A stretch of 64,000 nucleotides of DNA from Eremomyces bilateralis CBS 781.70 (lineage: Eukaryota). A program made the translations under genes and the position numbers. Numbering within the stretch: position 1 is the first letter of the stretch; each line of letters begins with the position of its first letter. Location: assembly GCA_010015585.1 (NCBI GenBank), contig ML975150.1. One strand, written 5' to 3'. Positions 63,198 to 64,000 of the stretch are shown here, one piece after another. The notes beneath the pieces are model-generated. The model had not been told where the DNA came from. It searched no databases and was given only the letters and a program-made list of their open reading frames with translations.

Positions 63198-64000
63198 GAC
63201 GAACAATGTTCGAGACGTCGTGCGACTAAAACTACTAGAACTGTTGCGGTATGGTAGCTGAAGTGATGTCGAATTGGCAGTTTGAAGCCCATGTAAGTTG
63301 TACCATAATCCTCACCAAACATCCTGGCTCGGTCCAGTACTATGTAATACGTACGGACCAAGTGGCTGCTTGTAATACTGTACCTACCTCTACGTACTAC
63401 CGCTGACCTGTGGATCACTTTCCAGTTTCTATACATGGTGATTGGCGAATCGAATAATGATACATGTGCATTGATCGTCAAAACAGCACTCGTGACTCAG
63501 GACTCCGCATGTGAGCAACCCAGCCGTCAGCATCTGGGCCCCGCAATCGCCTGTTAATCAATTCGGGACCTAACGTCTAAATTCTGGACTCTGAACTCTG
63601 AACTATGAAGGACCCGAATTCCTATCCGAAGAAGCATCCTGGCTACTAATTATGAAGACCCATGGAGGTATTCGAGCCCTGACGATCAGCACGCCTTGAG
63701 ATGAACCTGGACCTGCTCTTGATTCATGCTTTCTACATTTCGGGTCAATGTCCTCCGGTATTGTACCTAGTAAGATGCATTTCTCCCCGAGGCCATTTCT
63801 TTCCCTATACTGGACTCGGTGTTCGGTCATATACCGTGTTGTCTATGCGGAGAGATGTAAATTACAATTGCGGTTGGGGTTGACATCGGCGCCTTGAGAC
63901 TATTAAGTATATATGCTCGCCAGTCCCACATGGAATTTCCATCCTGGGAACGAAGTACAGATCCGTCTTGCCTGTCTTGAAATATCTTATGAGTCTCAGA

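Overview
Eukaryotic nuclear DNA from a filamentous ascomycete (Pezizomycotina, possibly Eurotiomycetes; inferred from short GT-AG introns with CTAAC/CTGAC branch sites and the gene set). About 15 apparently intact genes: a conserved Q/H/P-rich protein of unknown function (truncated at the window start), a large Ser/Ala-repeat KDEL protein, the Doa10-type E3 ligase, an RtcA-type RNA 3'-phosphate cyclase, an MFS permease, a STRAP-like WD40 protein, a secreted YFGRD glycosidase-like protein, an SLC35F6-like transporter, BtgC (GH17), a solo histone H4, an amino-acid permease, a PPR protein, an F-box-like/TPR protein, IPK1 and a GPI-anchored protein. Five disrupted genes are interleaved among them: NmrA-like, NACHT-WD40 NLR remnant, catalase, lipocalin-like and HET-domain. 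I recognised no rRNA, tRNA, CRISPR array or intact transposon, and I cannot support a wholly new multi-gene system. The best leads are a candidate 73-aa four-cysteine microprotein in a ~7 kb gene desert, apparent alternative first exons (one coding only the ATG) on the first gene, a fungal RtcA with catalytic motifs intact, and the concentration of decay in stress, redox and allorecognition genes. All family assignments come from motif recognition by eye; no searches were run.
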